Shown here: piece after piece, positions 61,802 to 64,000 of the stretch
Layout of the letters: the number at the start of each line of letters is the position of its first letter
Position numbering within the stretch: the first letter of the stretch is position 1
DNA from: Zootoca vivipara
Taxonomy: Eukaryota
Length of the DNA stretch: 64,000 nucleotides
Reading direction: 5' to 3'
Assembly (NCBI RefSeq): GCF_963506605.1
Contig: NC_083286.1
Coordinates: 29,388,001-29,452,000 of the forward strand
The notes under the pieces: generated by a model
The model's database searches: none
Told to the model about the DNA's origin: nothing
What the model saw: the letters and a program-made list of their open reading frames with translations, nothing else
Program-made: the position numbers and the translations under genes

Positions 61802-62851
61802 ATTATAATTTTCAAAATGTCATACTGTCAAATCTTCTGCTCTCATTTTGTAGGAGCCAAAGGCAGCTTGGGTGGGAAAAGTATTCCATTTGGTTGCCAT
61901 CCCAGAGTGTCTTTTTTCATAGAGCTATTTCTTTCCTGTTCTTTTCTCACAAAAATTCACTTTTGGGAATTGGAGAGATAGAAGTTGTTGCTGAACTGTT
62001 TAGGATACTGTCAGCACAAACCAATACATTTCTACTCAGTCATCATGCTTATTTTGTAATGTCAGTAAACAAGAGGTTAAACAAGGACGGCAAGTTGGTA
62101 ATCTGCAGGTGCATCCAGTTCTCTCCATTCACTCCAGCAGCATAGAATAAAATAACATGCCCCTTCAGCATTTGGCTTGATCACTGCTGCTCTCCTAGAG
62201 AAAAAGTCTCTCTCCATTGGTAAACCTCCACCCAGAAGACAGGAAATCACCATAGTGGTTGCTGTGGCATCACAGGATCACATGAACTCTCATCTATCAA
62301 AGTAGCACTTTAGGAGCTGCTTTTGGAGGCACCAGGTGCTTCTTGGCTGGAGATCAGGAAATATAGATCCAGAAATGATGTGCAGAGTGCTGTTTGGCTT
62401 GGCTTCAGAGCACCCGTTTTGCTCAGGAATCTGAGATTGTTGCAGAGATCCCTGCAGTGTTGCAGGAGCCTCTTGGTAATCTCCTGTTTGCTGGCAAGGG
62501 GGAAATATCTCCCACTCTGCATGCCAGATGTGTCAGATTGGGTAGGGCAATCATGTTCTGTCCCCCCCAGCCAGCCAAGCACTTCAAACTGCACAAACTC
62601 CCAATTTTTTTGTCCTCCAGGCATTTGTGCAAAAGTGGGCAGACTTTCAGAAATGTTTAATCATTTGGAAGTTTTATCTTTACAACCCCATGCATCTACC
62701 TAGGATTTTTTTCTTTACTATCATCTAGGAAATTCTCATGTGAGTAAAAATGTCATTTATTATCATCAACTTGCTGTTGCAGTCAATATGAACTACGACG
62801 AATAAATGGTTTGTGAGTCAACATTGTTGCATTTCTGTCTTTTCCCAAAAG

Positions 62852-62966
62852 GTGGCAATGAGAGCCTTAGGTTTCGATGTGAAAAAAGCAGATGTGCTAA
62901 AGATACTTAAAGATTATGATCGGGAAGGAACTGGGAAAATCTCCTTTGAAGATTTTAATGAAGTTG
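62852..62966 (+). CDS. CETN3: CETN3 coding exon 3 (EF-hand 2)
   Basis: aaag|VAMRALGFDVKKADVLKILKDYDREGTGKISFEDFNEV|gtgagt; 115 nt. Confidence 0.96.
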
Positions 62967-63536
62967 GTGAGTATTGGATTTTAAACATGTATTGACAGGA
63001 GGAAATTTGGCAATAATTGATAACTGGTAATTTAGTTGGTCGGATTCTTAATGGATGGGTATGCAAATGTATCAGGGATAACACAGATGAGCATTTTAAT
63101 GTTTACAGCATTCTGTCCCCCCTCCAAATAATATGTGGAGAACTACCAGAATTTGGCAGCCGTATGCAGAAGATTCCTACAATATTTGCTGTTCCTATAG
63201 AAAGATCAAAAGAGACAGTTGGTTTTCTGCAGAAATGAAGTATAACTACTTGGTTACCATGCTAAGTATTCAGTAAGTTGTGGTGACATTTTCCATATAT
63301 TCACTTCCTATGTGAAGTTCAAATCCATGCAGCTGAAGTTACTACATGTACGTACAACACCCCTCCCCCTCTCTAGGTAGATGATGAAAGCTAATCTTTT
63401 AAATTCTTTGGGTCAAAAACCTGAGGGTTGGGAACAGAGTTAGAGTATTTCAAAGCAGAATTATTATTTTTTCACCAACAGAAGTAGAGTTAATTTCATA
63501 GAAACAGACCAGATCTCCCAATTGTTTTCATTTCAG

Positions 63537-63728
63537 TGACAGACTGGATACTTGAGCGAGATCCTCATGAAGAGATACTCAAGGCATTTAAATTGTTTGA
63601 TGATGATGATTCGGGTAAAATAAGCTTGAGAAACCTGCGCCGTGTAGCTAGAGAACTTGGGGAAAACATGACTGATGAAGAACTTCGGGCAATGATTGAA
63701 GAATTTGATAAAGATGGTGATGGAGAAA
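63537..63728 (+). CDS. CETN3: CETN3 coding exon 4 (EF-hands 3-4); canonical last exon lies beyond the window
   Basis: tttcag|(V)[63 protein letters not shown]|gtaagt; 192 nt. Confidence 0.96.
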
Positions 63729-64000
63729 GTAAGTTCTAAAAATGCTGTGTTTATGTGCTAATCATAAATATAATATAGAAATAGTGCATTGAATTTGTTT
63801 TCCATGTGATGATTTTATGGTTACTCAAGTGACTGATTTTCCCTCCAGGAAATGCAATCCTACAAGCTACCCATGGACCTGGGAATGAAATTCAATTTCT
63901 CCCCATTAAAGTATGAAATTATATGGCATAGGACATAGGTTATACATGAATGTATTGGCCTCTTCTGTTATTTTGCAGTGAATAAATAAAACGGGGGTGA

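Overview
Vertebrate genomic DNA, probably a squamate (lacertid-like lizard, inferred from Sauria-type and other tRNA-derived SINEs). It carries the conserved block ADGRV1(-) / LYSMD3(+) / POLR3G(-) / MBLAC2(+) / CETN3(+), in the order and orientations I recall for human 5q14.3 read in reverse. Splice sites were read by hand. Present are ADGRV1 coding exons 1-2, complete LYSMD3 (281 aa), POLR3G (7 coding exons, 212 aa) and MBLAC2 (287 aa), and CETN3 exons 1-4. There are four CpG-island promoters; POLR3G/MBLAC2 is head-to-head. Non-coding DNA is rich in hAT and Tigger/pogo-like MITEs (many with intact TSDs), SINEs, L2/CR1/RTE fragments and a possible solo LTR. I cannot demonstrate a wholly new biological system here. 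The best leads are: an intact hAT element resembling the horizontally transferred hAT1 family, a palindromic MITE family carrying ZNF143/Staf-type motifs near promoters, a 60-76 bp hairpin in the probable LYSMD3 3' UTR, a GC-AG intron and perfect RFX X-box in CETN3, a strong uORF ahead of a weak ADGRV1 start codon, and POLR3GL-like residues plus a tRNA-Lys SINE in POLR3G. All comparisons with other species and repeat families are from memory, not searches.
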